A stretch of DNA of 64,000 bases from positions 256,001 to 320,000 of the forward strand of contig CAWANJ010000006.1 of assembly GCA_963783385.1 (NCBI GenBank), given 5' to 3'. This DNA is from an uncultured Gemmatimonadales bacterium (GTDB lineage: Bacteria > Gemmatimonadota > Gemmatimonadetes > Palauibacterales > Palauibacteraceae). A model generated the notes under the pieces. The model worked only from the letters and a program-made list of their open reading frames with translations. It ran no database searches and was not told the origin of the DNA. A program made the translations under genes and the position numbers. Within the stretch, counting starts at the first letter, position 1. Each line of letters begins with the position of its first letter. Positions 31,960 to 41,558 of this stretch are shown one piece after another.

Positions 31960-33291
31960 TCAGAAACCGGCGCGTGCCAGGACTCGGTCCAGCATCGCCG
32001 AGGCCTCGGCCAGGAGATCTTCCTCGATGACGAGGGGAGGCGTGAGTGACAGGACGTTGCCGTCCGGTCCGCCGGCCAGCACGAGCCACCCCTCGCCGAG
32101 CGCTCCCGTCACGACCCGGCGCGCCAGCCCGGGGTCGGGCTCGCGCGTGCGCCGGTCGCGAACCAGGTCGATCCCGATGGCCAGGCCACGGCCCCGTACG
32201 TCGCCCACGCACGCATGAGCCTCCGCCAGGCCCCCCAGCGCGGCGAGCCAGCGGGTCCCGACATCCCGGGCGCGTCGGGCCAGCTTCTCCTCCTCGAGGA
32301 CGTCCAGGCTGGCGATCGCCGCGGCGCACGCCAGCGGATGGCCCAGGTAGGTGGAGGTGTGGATGGCCTCCCCGCCCGAGGCCGGCCACGCGTCCATCAG
32401 TCCAGCCGGACCGGCGCACGCCGAAATCGGCATCCCGCTCGACAGGGCCTTGCCCACGCACAGGAGGTCCGGCACGACCCCCTCCGCCCCGGCCGCGAAC
32501 CACGAGCCGGCGCGGCCGAAGCCGGTGTAGATCTCATCGGCCACCAGGACGAGTCCACGCTCCCGGCACAGGTCGCGGACTCCCGCGAGGAAGCCGGGCG
32601 GGGGAACCACCTCGCCGCCCCGTCCCTGGATCGGCTCCAGGATGACCGCGCCCACCTCCTCGCCTCCGGGTCCGTCCAGGAGGGCCTCCAGCGCCTCGAG
32701 GGCAGCGGGTCCTGCCGCGGAGCCACGCGGGAGGCCAGCCGGCGGCCGGTACGGGTGCGGGAACGGGGCCCGGAGCACGGTGCGGTTGAGTTGCGCCTCG
32801 AACGGCGCCCGGAACCGCGACCCGTCGGTGACCGAGAGGGCACCGTAGCCGAGGCCGTGGTACGCCCCCGTGAACGCCACGACCCCGGGCCGGCCGGTGG
32901 CCAGAGCCGCCGTCTTGAGGGCGGCCTCGACCGCGTCCGACCCCGTGACCCCGAGGAGGACCCGGGGCTCGTCGTACGGGAGGAGCCCCGCCAGCCGCTC
33001 CAGGAGCTCCACCTTCACCGCCGGCGGGTGGACGTCACCCATCCCGTGTACCAGGCGGCCGGCCTGCTCCCGGATCGCGTCCACCACCCTCGGGTGCCCG
33101 TGGCCGCACGCGGCCACGGCGAACCCGGCCGTCAGGTCGACGTACTCTCCGCCGTCCACGTCCACGACCCGGCAGCCGGAGGCGCGCTCCCAGAACACGG
33201 GGAACGCATCACCGAGCCAGGTCACGTTTCGGGACTCCACCCGCGCCAGCCGGCGCGCCAGCGCATCCGAGCGCGGCCCTCGCCCGCTCAT
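31960..33291 (-). CDS. Class III aminotransferase (GabT/ArgD-like)
   Basis: DVDGxEYVD, TGSDAVE, EPIQGRGG, DEIYTGFGR, GKAL, RGRGL. Confidence 0.92.
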   Translation of the reverse strand: MSGRGPRSDALARRLARVESRNVTWLGDAFPVFWERASGCRVVDVDGGEYVDLTAGFAVAACGHGHPRVVDAIREQAGRLVHGMGDVHPPAVKVELLERLAGLLPYDEPRVLLGVTGSDAVEAALKTAALATGRPGVVAFTGAYHGLGYGALSVTDGSRFRAPFEAQLNRTVLRAPFPHPYRPPAGLPRGSAAGPAALEALEALLDGPGGEEVGAVILEPIQGRGGEVVPPPGFLAGVRDLCRERGLVLVADEIYTGFGRAGSWFAAGAEGVVPDLLCVGKALSSGMPISACAGPAGLMDAWPASGGEAIHTSTYLGHPLACAAAIASLDVLEEEKLARRARDVGTRWLAALGGLAEAHACVGDVRGRGLAIGIDLVRDRRTREPDPGLARRVVTGALGEGWLVLAGGPDGNVLSLTPPLVIEEDLLAEASAMLDRVLARAGF

Positions 33292-33362
33292 GCTCTGGCC
33301 CGAATCTTGTTCACCGCAGGCGCCACCCGCACGACACGCACACCGACCGCGAGGAGAGCCGC

Positions 33363-34089
33363 GTGAAGGAACTCGAGGACCGCGTCGCGATGATCTCCGG
33401 GGCTTCGAAGGGCCTCGGAGCGGCCCTGGCCCGCCGCTTCGCCCGGGAGGGGGCCGCCGTCTCGCTGTGCGCCCGGGGAGGGGATGACCTCCGCCGCATC
33501 GAGGCCGAGGTCCGCGAGCTCGGCGCCGCCTGCGTGGCCGTGGAGACCGACGTCACCGACCGGGCCGCGGTGGAGCGCTGGGTCGCGGCCACGCTGGAGG
33601 AGTTGGGCCGCGTGGACGTGCTGGTGAACAACGCCTCCATCCTGGGGCAGCGGGTCACGATCGAGGAGTTCGACGATGACATTCTGGCGTCGAACGATCG
33701 AGGTGAACCTCACGGGTCCCTACCTGTGCATCCGCGCCGCGCTGCCGGCGCTGCGCCGCTCGCGCGGCTCGATCGTCAACGTCTCCTCGGGCGTGGGGGA
33801 CCACGGTCGACCGCGCTGGGGCGCCTACTGTGTCTCCAAGAACGGGCTGGAAGCGCTCACCGAGATCCTCGCGGGAGAGCTGGACGGGAGCGGCGTACGG
33901 GTGAACACGGTCGACCCCGGGGCCATGCGGACGGAAATGCGCGGCGCCGCCTACCCCGAGGAGGATCCGGGCACGGTGGCCACGCCCGACGAGGTCACCG
34001 ACGTGTTCGTATACCTGGCCTCCCAGCGCAGCCGAGCCGTGAGCGGCGAGCGCTTCCGGGCGCAGGAGTTCGAGGTGGCCCGTCGCTGA
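33363..34089 (+). CDS. SDR oxidoreductase; apparent 1-nt insertion frameshift near 33682
   Basis: SGASKGLG and NNAS in one frame; VNVSS, YCVSK and DPGAMRT in another. Deleting one T gives DDDIWRRTIEVNL. Confidence 0.85.
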
Positions 34090-34136
34090 GGCCGGCCCCC
34101 CGTCCGGGGCCCCGGTCCGGCTCCGGGGTCCCGGCC

Positions 34137-34373
34137 TCACCAATCGTAGACCGTCCACCGGCGGCAGTCCTCCGCCGTGCACACCAACCGCACCCGGAAG
34201 GGCGAGCTTCCGCCCCGCGGGTACGGATGGCGCTCCACGCGGCGCACCATGGGGGCGCCGCACGCGGGGCACTCGGGCTCACCGCCCGGAATCGGCCTGG
34301 CCCGGTCCCTCTCCTCGACCTCGGCGGCTTGCTCGAGGTCCAGGAGAGGCCCGAGATTGTTGTCCTGAGTCAT
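34137..34373 (-). CDS. Small zinc-ribbon protein (78 aa)
   Basis: CPACGAPMVRR...CTAEDC; GC3-rich codons; GGAGG just upstream. Confidence 0.7.
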   Translation of the reverse strand: MTQDNNLGPLLDLEQAAEVEERDRARPIPGGEPECPACGAPMVRRVERHPYPRGGSSPFRVRLVCTAEDCRRWTVYDW

Positions 34374-35559
34374 GAGCCTCCACGATAAGCCGGGCCCCGA
34401 AGCCTCCGCCACCAGCGCGGAGCTGGCCGAGCGGTACCGGCCCGAGTTTCCCATCCTCCGGAGCAAGGTGTACCTGAACTCCAACTCGCTCGGCGCGCTC
34501 GGCCGTCGATCCCTGCGCGAGCGTCGGCGCTTCGAGCGGGAATGGATGGAGCTCGGGGCCTCCGCGTGGTACGAGCTGTGGCTGGATCGCCTCGACGAGG
34601 TCCGCGCCGCCTTCGGGCGCACCGTCGGCGCCCCGGCCGACCGCATCGCCCTCGTTCCCAGCATCTCGGCCGGCCTCACAATGGTGGCCGACGCGCTCGA
34701 TTTCGAGCGTCGACCCCGCGTGGTCACCTGCGAGCTCGACTTCCCCACGCTCCTCTACCAGTTCCTGGGGCGACGGGAGCGGGGCGTCGAGACCGTGGTC
34801 CTGGAGAGCCCCGACGGGCTCGAGGTGCCCCTCGAAGCCTGGGAGGAGGCGATCGACGAGCGCACCGCCCTCGTCGCCACCTCGCACGTGTTCTTCACCA
34901 CCGGCGCGATCCAGGACGTGGCCGCGCTGGCCCGGCTCGCGCACGAGCGCGGCGCCCTCTTCCTCGTCGACGCCTACCAGTCCAACGGCCAGATCCCGAT
35001 CGACGCGCCGGCGCTGGACGTGGACTTCCTGCTGTCGGGCGGGCTCAAGTGGCTGCTGGGCGGCCCCGGGATCGCGTACCTGTACGTCCGCCCCGGCCTC
35101 GCCGAGCGCCTGGCCGCCGGTCCGCTGAGCTGGTTCGGCGTCAGGGATCCGTTCGCCTTCGACCCGCGCGCGGCCGATCCCCGGCCGGACGCGCGCCGCT
35201 TCGAGCTGGGGACTCCGGCCACGGGCGCAGCCTTCACGGCGGCCGGCGGCCTCGAGGTCATCGAGGAGATCGGCGTCGAGGCCATCCGCCGGAGGAACGC
35301 GGCCCTGGCCGAGGACCTCCTCGAGCGCCTGCGGGAGGCGGGCCTCGAGCCGCACGTGGCTCCAGCCGAAGACCGGCGCTCGGCCATCGTGCTCGTGCAT
35401 CACCCCCGGCCGGCGGCGGCGACCGAGCACCTGGCCCGGGCCGGGGTCATCGTCGACCACCGTCCGGGCCTCGTCCGCTTCTCACCCCACTTCTACAACA
35501 CGATCGAGGACAACATGCGCGCCGTCGAGCGACTGATCAGCCTGCCGGGGGTCTCGTGA
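34372..35559 (+). CDS. Class V PLP enzyme (kynureninase/selenocysteine lyase-like)
   Basis: YLNSNSLG, DFPT, DAYQS, LKWLLGGPG, RFELGTP, RFSPHFYN. Confidence 0.9.
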   Translation: MSLHDKPGPEASATSAELAERYRPEFPILRSKVYLNSNSLGALGRRSLRERRRFEREWMELGASAWYELWLDRLDEVRAAFGRTVGAPADRIALVPSISAGLTMVADALDFERRPRVVTCELDFPTLLYQFLGRRERGVETVVLESPDGLEVPLEAWEEAIDERTALVATSHVFFTTGAIQDVAALARLAHERGALFLVDAYQSNGQIPIDAPALDVDFLLSGGLKWLLGGPGIAYLYVRPGLAERLAAGPLSWFGVRDPFAFDPRAADPRPDARRFELGTPATGAAFTAAGGLEVIEEIGVEAIRRRNAALAEDLLERLREAGLEPHVAPAEDRRSAIVLVHHPRPAAATEHLARAGVIVDHRPGLVRFSPHFYNTIEDNMRAVERLISLPGVS

Positions 35560-36023
35560 GGGTCCGCGTCCGGCGCATCCGGGCCCGCACGGTCTTCCTG
35601 ATGGCCCTCCTCCTGTACGTCGTCGTGGGCCTCCTCATCGGCGGTGCGCTGTTCGTCCTCGACCGCCTCCACCTGGTCCCGGCCGCCGAGCAGACCGGCC
35701 TGGATCGGCTGGGCGGATGGATCCTCCTGCTGTTCCCGGCCGTGTACGGCTTCATCGGAGGCTTCTTCGGGGCCGTGGCGGCGATCTTCTACAACGGGAT
35801 CGCGGCCGTCATGGGCGGTGTGGAGGTCGACCTGCGTGTGAAAGACTGGGGATCGCGCGCGGGTCCGCCGGCGGCCGGTCCGGCGGCCGAGCCCGATCCG
35901 GCGGGTGAGAGGGCGACCGCCGGGACCACCTCCGACGTCGGGGTCGGCGGGGAGGGTGACGTCGGCGCGGAGGCGGTGGGCGCGGACGCCGACGATCAGG
36001 AGCCCGCGGCCTCCGCTTCCTGA
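35556..36023 (+). CDS. Two-TM membrane protein (DUF3566-like)
   Basis: Basic N-terminus, two hydrophobic segments, YNxxAxxxGGVEV; GTGA overlap. Confidence 0.6.
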   Translation: MRVRVRRIRARTVFLMALLLYVVVGLLIGGALFVLDRLHLVPAAEQTGLDRLGGWILLLFPAVYGFIGGFFGAVAAIFYNGIAAVMGGVEVDLRVKDWGSRAGPPAAGPAAEPDPAGERATAGTTSDVGVGGEGDVGAEAVGADADDQEPAASAS

Positions 36024-37228
36024 AGGACCGTGTCCGGGTCGTACCCGGCCTGGCGGAGAATTCGCTCCACCGTCTCGCCGATCTTGCTGTTGGGGGTCGA
36101 GGCCCCCGCCGTGAGCCCGATCTCCACGTCCCCTTCGGGCAGCCACCCCGGCGTCGTGAGCAGCTCCCGGCCCATGATCTCCTTGTGCCGGATCGTGGCA
36201 CGCTGGGGCTCGATGCAGGTCGCGTCCTCGATGTGGAAGGTGCGCGTGCTCTGCGAGCACAGGTGCGCCAGATGGTTGGTGTTGCTCGAGTTGTAGCCGC
36301 CGATCACCACCATCAGGTGGGGCGGGTCGACCATCATCTTCTGAACGGCGTCCTGCCGGTCCTGGGTGGCCGAGCAGATCGTGTCGAAGCTCCGGAAGCG
36401 CTCGGCGGCCTCCGCCTCCCCCCACCGGTCCACCATGGCCCGGTGCAGCCGGTCGGCGATGGCCAGGGAGTCGGAGGCGACCATGGTGGTCTGGTTGGCC
36501 ACCCCCACCCGCTCCAGGTCGCGGTCGGGGTCGAACCCCCGGGAGTGCTTGCCCCGGAAGCGCTCCAGGAAGGCCTCCCGTTCACCCTCTCCCCGGATGT
36601 AGGAGCACACGAACTCGGCCTCGTCCATGTCCCGGACGACCAGGTACCTGCCTTCCGGATACTTGCGGACCTGGGAGCTGGTGGCGCGCGTCTCCTCGTG
36701 GTAGTGCTTGCCGTGGATGATGGCCGTGAAGCCGTCCCGCGCGTAGCTCTCCACCCGCTTCCACACGAGGAGGACCGAGCCGCACGTAGTGTCCACGACC
36801 ACGCAGTCCATGGAGCGCAACCGCTCGAAGTCCTCGATTCCCACCCCGAACGCCGGCAGGATGACCACGTTGTCAGCTCCCACCCGGCCGAAGTCGAAGC
36901 GCCCGTCCTCGTCGGGATACAGGAACTCGATCCCCATCTCGCGGAGTTGGCGGTTCACGTGGGGATTGTGGATGATCTCGCCCACCAGAACGATGCGCCG
37001 GTCGGGGAACTTGCGGCGCGTCTCGTAGGCATACTCGACGGCCCGGTCCACGCCGTAGCAGAAGCCGAAGCTCTCGGCCAGCCGGAAATGGATACGCCCC
37101 ACGTCCAGGCGGTGGCCCCGAGCCTGGATGAGGCTCACCAGGGCGCTGCCGTACTCGGACTTGAGGAGCGGCTGGATCTCGTCCTTGAGTCCGAGGCCGC
37201 GGCGGAAGTAGGTCTCTTCGGTGCTCAC
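35996..37228 (-). CDS. ispH: 4-hydroxy-3-methylbut-2-enyl diphosphate reductase
   Basis: GFCYGV, IIHNPHV, DTTC, HEET, NQTT, DTICSATQDRQ, SSNT, TAGASTP. Confidence 0.96.
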   Translation of the reverse strand: MSTEETYFRRGLGLKDEIQPLLKSEYGSALVSLIQARGHRLDVGRIHFRLAESFGFCYGVDRAVEYAYETRRKFPDRRIVLVGEIIHNPHVNRQLREMGIEFLYPDEDGRFDFGRVGADNVVILPAFGVGIEDFERLRSMDCVVVDTTCGSVLLVWKRVESYARDGFTAIIHGKHYHEETRATSSQVRKYPEGRYLVVRDMDEAEFVCSYIRGEGEREAFLERFRGKHSRGFDPDRDLERVGVANQTTMVASDSLAIADRLHRAMVDRWGEAEAAERFRSFDTICSATQDRQDAVQKMMVDPPHLMVVIGGYNSSNTNHLAHLCSQSTRTFHIEDATCIEPQRATIRHKEIMGRELLTTPGWLPEGDVEIGLTAGASTPNSKIGETVERILRQAGYDPDTVLQEAEAAGS

Positions 37229-37363
37229 TCTCGTGTCCCTACCCTCGGAGCGCGCTCGGGCGGCGGGTCCGGGCCGGAGGGGCCGCGATCCGCGTTGCGG
37301 CGCATGGAGTGGTCGCGCTGGAACGTAAGGATACCGGAGCGCGGGGTCGAGGTTCACCGCTCC

Positions 37364-37477
37364 GTGTGCCGTGTTGGCGGCAACCGGGGGTGGACGGGTC
37401 GCCGTGTGTGCCAGAAAGGCGCGCATGGGGCTACCGGCGGCGGCCTCGCAGCGGTCGCACGCGGCGCGGAACCTGCA
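37364..37477 (+). promoter_or_regulatory. Putative sigma54 promoter of lon with two enhancer-like repeats
   Basis: CGGCGCGGAACCTGCA (GG-N10-GC) at 37462-37477; GTGTGCC-N5-GGCG twice, at 37364 and 37406. Confidence 0.5.
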
Positions 37478-37570
37478 CCCGTGGAGACGGCCCCCGGTGC
37501 GCCCTCGCTGGCGGACCAGGGGCGTGACGCGTTCGGAGTCTCCGTCAACGGGCCGCGAGGCCGGAGCGAC

Positions 37571-40216
37571 ATGGATCCTACAGGCGACGAGAACCAGCAC
37601 ATCGTGTTCATCTCCACCGAGCCCGAGGGCGACGCCGGGGCCGGGGAGGGAGCCGAGGGCGAGCCGATGGGCTCCTCCGCCGAGCTCCCGCCGGAGGCAC
37701 GCCTGCGGCTCCCGGTCCTCCCCCTGCGCGGCACCGTCGTGTTTCCGGCCGTGGCGGCCCCCATCGCCGCCGGCCGGGACAAGACCCTGAGCGGGGTCGA
37801 GTCCGCCCTGGAGGGCGACAAGCTCGTGTTCGCGGTGGCCCAGAAGGACTCCGGGGTCGAGGAGCCGGTGCCCACGATCCTCCACCGGGTGGGCACGATC
37901 TGCCGCATCGCGCAGATGCAGCGGGTGCCGGGCGGCATCCAGATGGTCATCCAGGGCGAGGCGCGGGCCGCCGCGCTCCAGTACACCGAGCGCGACGGCC
38001 TCATCGAGGTGGTGTGCCGTCGCCTCATGGACATGCCCCCGCTCGACCCGGAGGAGTCGGCGTTCACCGCCCTGTACCGGGAGGTCCGGGAGCGGGCCAC
38101 CGAGCTCAGCCGCCTGCGGGGCGTCCCCTCGGAGATCGTGAACCACCTGCTGGGCGGCGTCTCCTCGCCTGGAGAGCTGGCCGACCTGGTCACCTTCTAC
38201 ACCGAGCTCGACGTCAACGAGAAGCAGGAGCTGCTCGAGACCCTGTCGGTGGAGGACCGGCTCCGGAAGCTGCTCGTCCACCTGCAGCGCCAGATCGGGG
38301 TCATGGAGGCGCAGGAGCAGATCCGCAGCAAGGTCCAGGAGGAGCTCGGAGAGCGCCAGCGGGAAGTCTTCCTGCGCGAGCAGATGAAGGCCATCCAGCA
38401 GGAGCTGGGCGAGGACACCGAGGCCCAGGAGATCGCGGACCTGCGCGAGCGCCTCGAGCAGCTCGACCTGCCCGAGGAGGCTCGCAAGGAAGTCGAGCGG
38501 GAGCTCCGCCGCCTGGAGCGGGTCAACCGCGAGTCGGCCGAGGCGCAAGTCATCCGGACCTACCTGGAGACGGTGAGCGACCTGCCGTGGAACGAGCGGA
38601 CGCTGGATCGCCTGGACCTCAAGCGGGCCCAGGAAATGCTGGACCGCGATCACTACGGCCTCGAGGACGTCAAGGAGCGCGTGCTGGACTTCCTGGCCGT
38701 GCGCAAGCTCCAGCAACTGCGCCAGGAGGAGGCCCCCGCGGAGGCGGAGGCACCACCGGAGGGCACCGCCTCCGGGACCGGCGTCCCGGAGCAGCCGGAG
38801 TCCGGCGCGCAGGCATCGCGGTCGCGCGAGGGCCAGGACGACGACCGCACCGGCTCGATCCTCCTGTTCGTGGGTCCGCCGGGCGTGGGCAAGACCTCGA
38901 TCGCCAAGTCCATCGCCGAGGCCATGGGCCGCGAGTACGTGCGCGTGTCGCTGGGCGGGGCCCGCGACGAGGCCGACATCCGCGGCCACCGGCGGACGTA
39001 CGTCGGGGCCATGCCGGGTCGGATCATCGAGGGGATGAAGCGGGCCGGCACCAAGAACCCGGTCTTCCTCCTCGACGAGGTCGACAAGCTGGGTATCTCC
39101 TTCCAGGGCGATCCCTCCGCGGCGCTCATGGAGGTCCTGGACCCGGCCCAGAACGATGCGTTCGTGGACCACTACCTGGGCGTCCCCTTCGACCTGTCGG
39201 ACGTCCTGTTCATCGCCACGGCCAACGTGCTCGGACAGATCCCGGGACCGCTACAGGACCGGATGGAGGCCATCGAGTTCCGTGGCTACACGGAGGCGGA
39301 GAAGCTCCAGATCGCCCGCCGCTACCTCCTGCCCCGACAGGTGCGCCAGTCGGGCCTCACCGACGAGCAGCTGGACCTGGAGGACGACGCGATCCGCGAG
39401 ACGATCGCCAGCTACACCCGCGAGGCGGGCGTCCGGAACCTGGAGCGGGAGCTGGGGACGGTGGCCCGCAAGGCGGCGCGGAAGATCGCGGCGGACGAGA
39501 CGGACCACGTCCGGGTCACCCGGGAGGAGCTGCGCGAGTTCCTCGGCCAGCCGAAGGTCCATCCCGAGGAGAAGCTCGAGGAGGACACGGTGGGGGTGGC
39601 CACCGGCATGTACTACACGCCCGCGGGCGGCGACATCATGCTGGTCGAGACCAGCGTCACCCGGGGCAACGAGAACCTGGTCCTCACGGGGCAGCTCGGC
39701 GACGTCATGAAGGAGAGCGCCCGCGCCGCCCTCACCTGGGCTCGGAGCCATGCGTCGGAGCTCCGCATCCCGGAGGAGCGGCTGCGCGACCACGAGGTGC
39801 ACGTGCACGTCCCCGCCGGCGCGGTGCAGAAGGAGGGACCGTCGGCGGGCATCGCCATGGCCGTGTCCCTGATCAGCGCCCTGGGCGAGCATCCGGTGCG
39901 CTCGGACGTGGCCATGACCGGCGAGATCACACTCACCGGCCGCGTCCTGCCGATCGGGGGGCTCAAGGAGAAGGTGCTGGGCGCCTACCGGGCCGGAATC
40001 CGGCAAATCATCCTGCCGGCGTCCAATGAGGGCGATCTGGAGGACCTGCCGGAGCAGGTGCGAGAACAGGTGACCTTCAGCCTGGTCCACTCCCTGGACG
40101 AGGTCGTCCCGGAGGTGTTCCGGGGGGTGGGCTGCGAGGACGGGCAGCTGGTGTTCCGGGACGGCGGCCCCGAGAACGAGGCCTCGCGCGAGGAGGCAAG
40201 GGCCACGGCTGGCTGA
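37571..40216 (+). CDS. lon: ATP-dependent protease La
   Basis: LPVLPLR N-domain, [32 protein letters not shown] catalytic Ser, IGGLKEK. Confidence 0.98.
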   Translation: MDPTGDENQHIVFISTEPEGDAGAGEGAEGEPMGSSAELPPEARLRLPVLPLRGTVVFPAVAAPIAAGRDKTLSGVESALEGDKLVFAVAQKDSGVEEPVPTILHRVGTICRIAQMQRVPGGIQMVIQGEARAAALQYTERDGLIEVVCRRLMDMPPLDPEESAFTALYREVRERATELSRLRGVPSEIVNHLLGGVSSPGELADLVTFYTELDVNEKQELLETLSVEDRLRKLLVHLQRQIGVMEAQEQIRSKVQEELGERQREVFLREQMKAIQQELGEDTEAQEIADLRERLEQLDLPEEARKEVERELRRLERVNRESAEAQVIRTYLETVSDLPWNERTLDRLDLKRAQEMLDRDHYGLEDVKERVLDFLAVRKLQQLRQEEAPAEAEAPPEGTASGTGVPEQPESGAQASRSREGQDDDRTGSILLFVGPPGVGKTSIAKSIAEAMGREYVRVSLGGARDEADIRGHRRTYVGAMPGRIIEGMKRAGTKNPVFLLDEVDKLGISFQGDPSAALMEVLDPAQNDAFVDHYLGVPFDLSDVLFIATANVLGQIPGPLQDRMEAIEFRGYTEAEKLQIARRYLLPRQVRQSGLTDEQLDLEDDAIRETIASYTREAGVRNLERELGTVARKAARKIAADETDHVRVTREELREFLGQPKVHPEEKLEEDTVGVATGMYYTPAGGDIMLVETSVTRGNENLVLTGQLGDVMKESARAALTWARSHASELRIPEERLRDHEVHVHVPAGAVQKEGPSAGIAMAVSLISALGEHPVRSDVAMTGEITLTGRVLPIGGLKEKVLGAYRAGIRQIILPASNEGDLEDLPEQVREQVTFSLVHSLDEVVPEVFRGVGCEDGQLVFRDGGPENEASREEARATAG

Positions 40217-40256
40217 CCGGACGCCCGCGCACACACGCCCATGAGCCGGTACCGTC

Positions 40257-40283
40257 AAAGCGCTTTACATTAGCGCTTTTCTT
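40257..40283 (+). terminator. Probable intrinsic terminator after lon (also resembles tandem LacI-type operators)
   Basis: AAAGCGCT-TTACATT-AGCGCTTT followed by TCTT. Confidence 0.5.
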
Positions 40284-40319
40284 CCGGCGGGACCCGCGGC
40301 ACGGCACGGAGCCGCGCCT

Positions 40320-40988
40320 TCACTCGTCGCCGCGCTCCAGCACCGCGTCCAGTGCGTCCAGCCCCTCGAGCCAATGGTCGGGCGCGGCGGGCGCGAGCTC
40401 CTCGCGGCTGTAGGGTCCCCACAGCGCTGCCCCGGTGTGCGTACCCGCCGCCCGGCCCGCGCGCAGGTCGTGCACGCTGTCGCCCACGAACAGGGAGCGG
40501 CCCGCCTCCCCCTCGCCGGCGGCCTCCAGGGCGCGGCGCACGGGCTCGGGGTCCGGCTTGAAGCGCTCGACGTCCGAGGCCGTCACCACGGCCGCGAACC
40601 ACTCGACCTCGAAGCCGCACAGCTCCAGGCCCCGCAGCGTCCCCTCGCGGCGCTTGCTGGTCACGATGCCGAGCCGGAATCCGCGGCCCACCAGCCCCTC
40701 CACGTACTCCCGCATGCCCGGGAAAGAGCGCAGCAGCCGGTCGTGCATGGCCGCGTTGTGCTCCAGGTAGGTCGCGAGCATCGCTTCAGCCTCTTCGGGG
40801 CTCCGGGCGAAGTCCAGGAATTGCGCTTCCAGGGGCTGCCCCATGGTGCGCAACCATTCGGCGTCCGGCAGCTCCCGGCCGAGGTGCACGCGCATCGTGT
40901 GGCGAAAGGAGCCCAGGATGAGCTCGGCCGAGTCGATGAGGGTCCCGTCCAGATCGAACAGGACCGTCCGCAGGTAGGCGGCCGTCAC
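40320..40988 (-). CDS. HAD-IA hydrolase (PpaX/phosphoglycolate phosphatase-like)
   Basis: FDLDGTL, VTSK, KPDPEP, VGDS. Confidence 0.92.
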   Translation of the reverse strand: MTAAYLRTVLFDLDGTLIDSAELILGSFRHTMRVHLGRELPDAEWLRTMGQPLEAQFLDFARSPEEAEAMLATYLEHNAAMHDRLLRSFPGMREYVEGLVGRGFRLGIVTSKRREGTLRGLELCGFEVEWFAAVVTASDVERFKPDPEPVRRALEAAGEGEAGRSLFVGDSVHDLRAGRAAGTHTGAALWGPYSREELAPAAPDHWLEGLDALDAVLERGDE

Positions 40989-41353
40989 GAGTCGGTGGCC
41001 GGCCCACCGCCCGCCGACTCGAGGCCGAGGATGGCCTCTTCCACGTCGAGCCCGGGCGCCTCCTCGCCGACCGCCAGGCGTACCAGGTCGAAGTGCAGGC
41101 GCGCCACCCGGCTCGAGGCCCGGCGCACCGCCCCTGGAGCGCGCTCCTCTTCCCTCGCCATGGAGGTCTCGAGCGCCCGAACCGCCTCGAGCGCCCGGCG
41201 TCCCAGGGCCTCGTGCTCGTCCGGGAGAGAGGCGATCGCCGCCTCCGTCCCGCGGCGAAGCTGGTGGAGACGCTCGACGGGATCCTCGTGCTCGGGCACG
41301 CCGGGCTCGTCCTCCCCGGGCTCCCCGAACAGCAGGGCCTTGATAGGGGTCAT
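40985..41353 (-). CDS. Hypothetical helical protein
   Basis: GGAGAG RBS, GC3-rich codons, stop overlaps the HAD start. Confidence 0.6.
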   Translation of the reverse strand: MTPIKALLFGEPGEDEPGVPEHEDPVERLHQLRRGTEAAIASLPDEHEALGRRALEAVRALETSMAREEERAPGAVRRASSRVARLHFDLVRLAVGEEAPGLDVEEAILGLESAGGGPATDS

Positions 41354-41558
41354 GCGGGCTGCTCTCCTTCGTTGCGCGGACCGAACGTGGACGTGGGCGC
41401 GGCCGTCCGCGAGCTCGCCGCGGGACGGCCCGTCGACCGGAGCGAAACGTGCAAGAAGGTTACCATGTCGCGGCACGGCCGTGTACGAGACGGCACACGG
41501 ATGAGTTACAGTGTCGCCGCGGGATCCAGCACCACGCGCCACATGAAAGGAGCGGACG

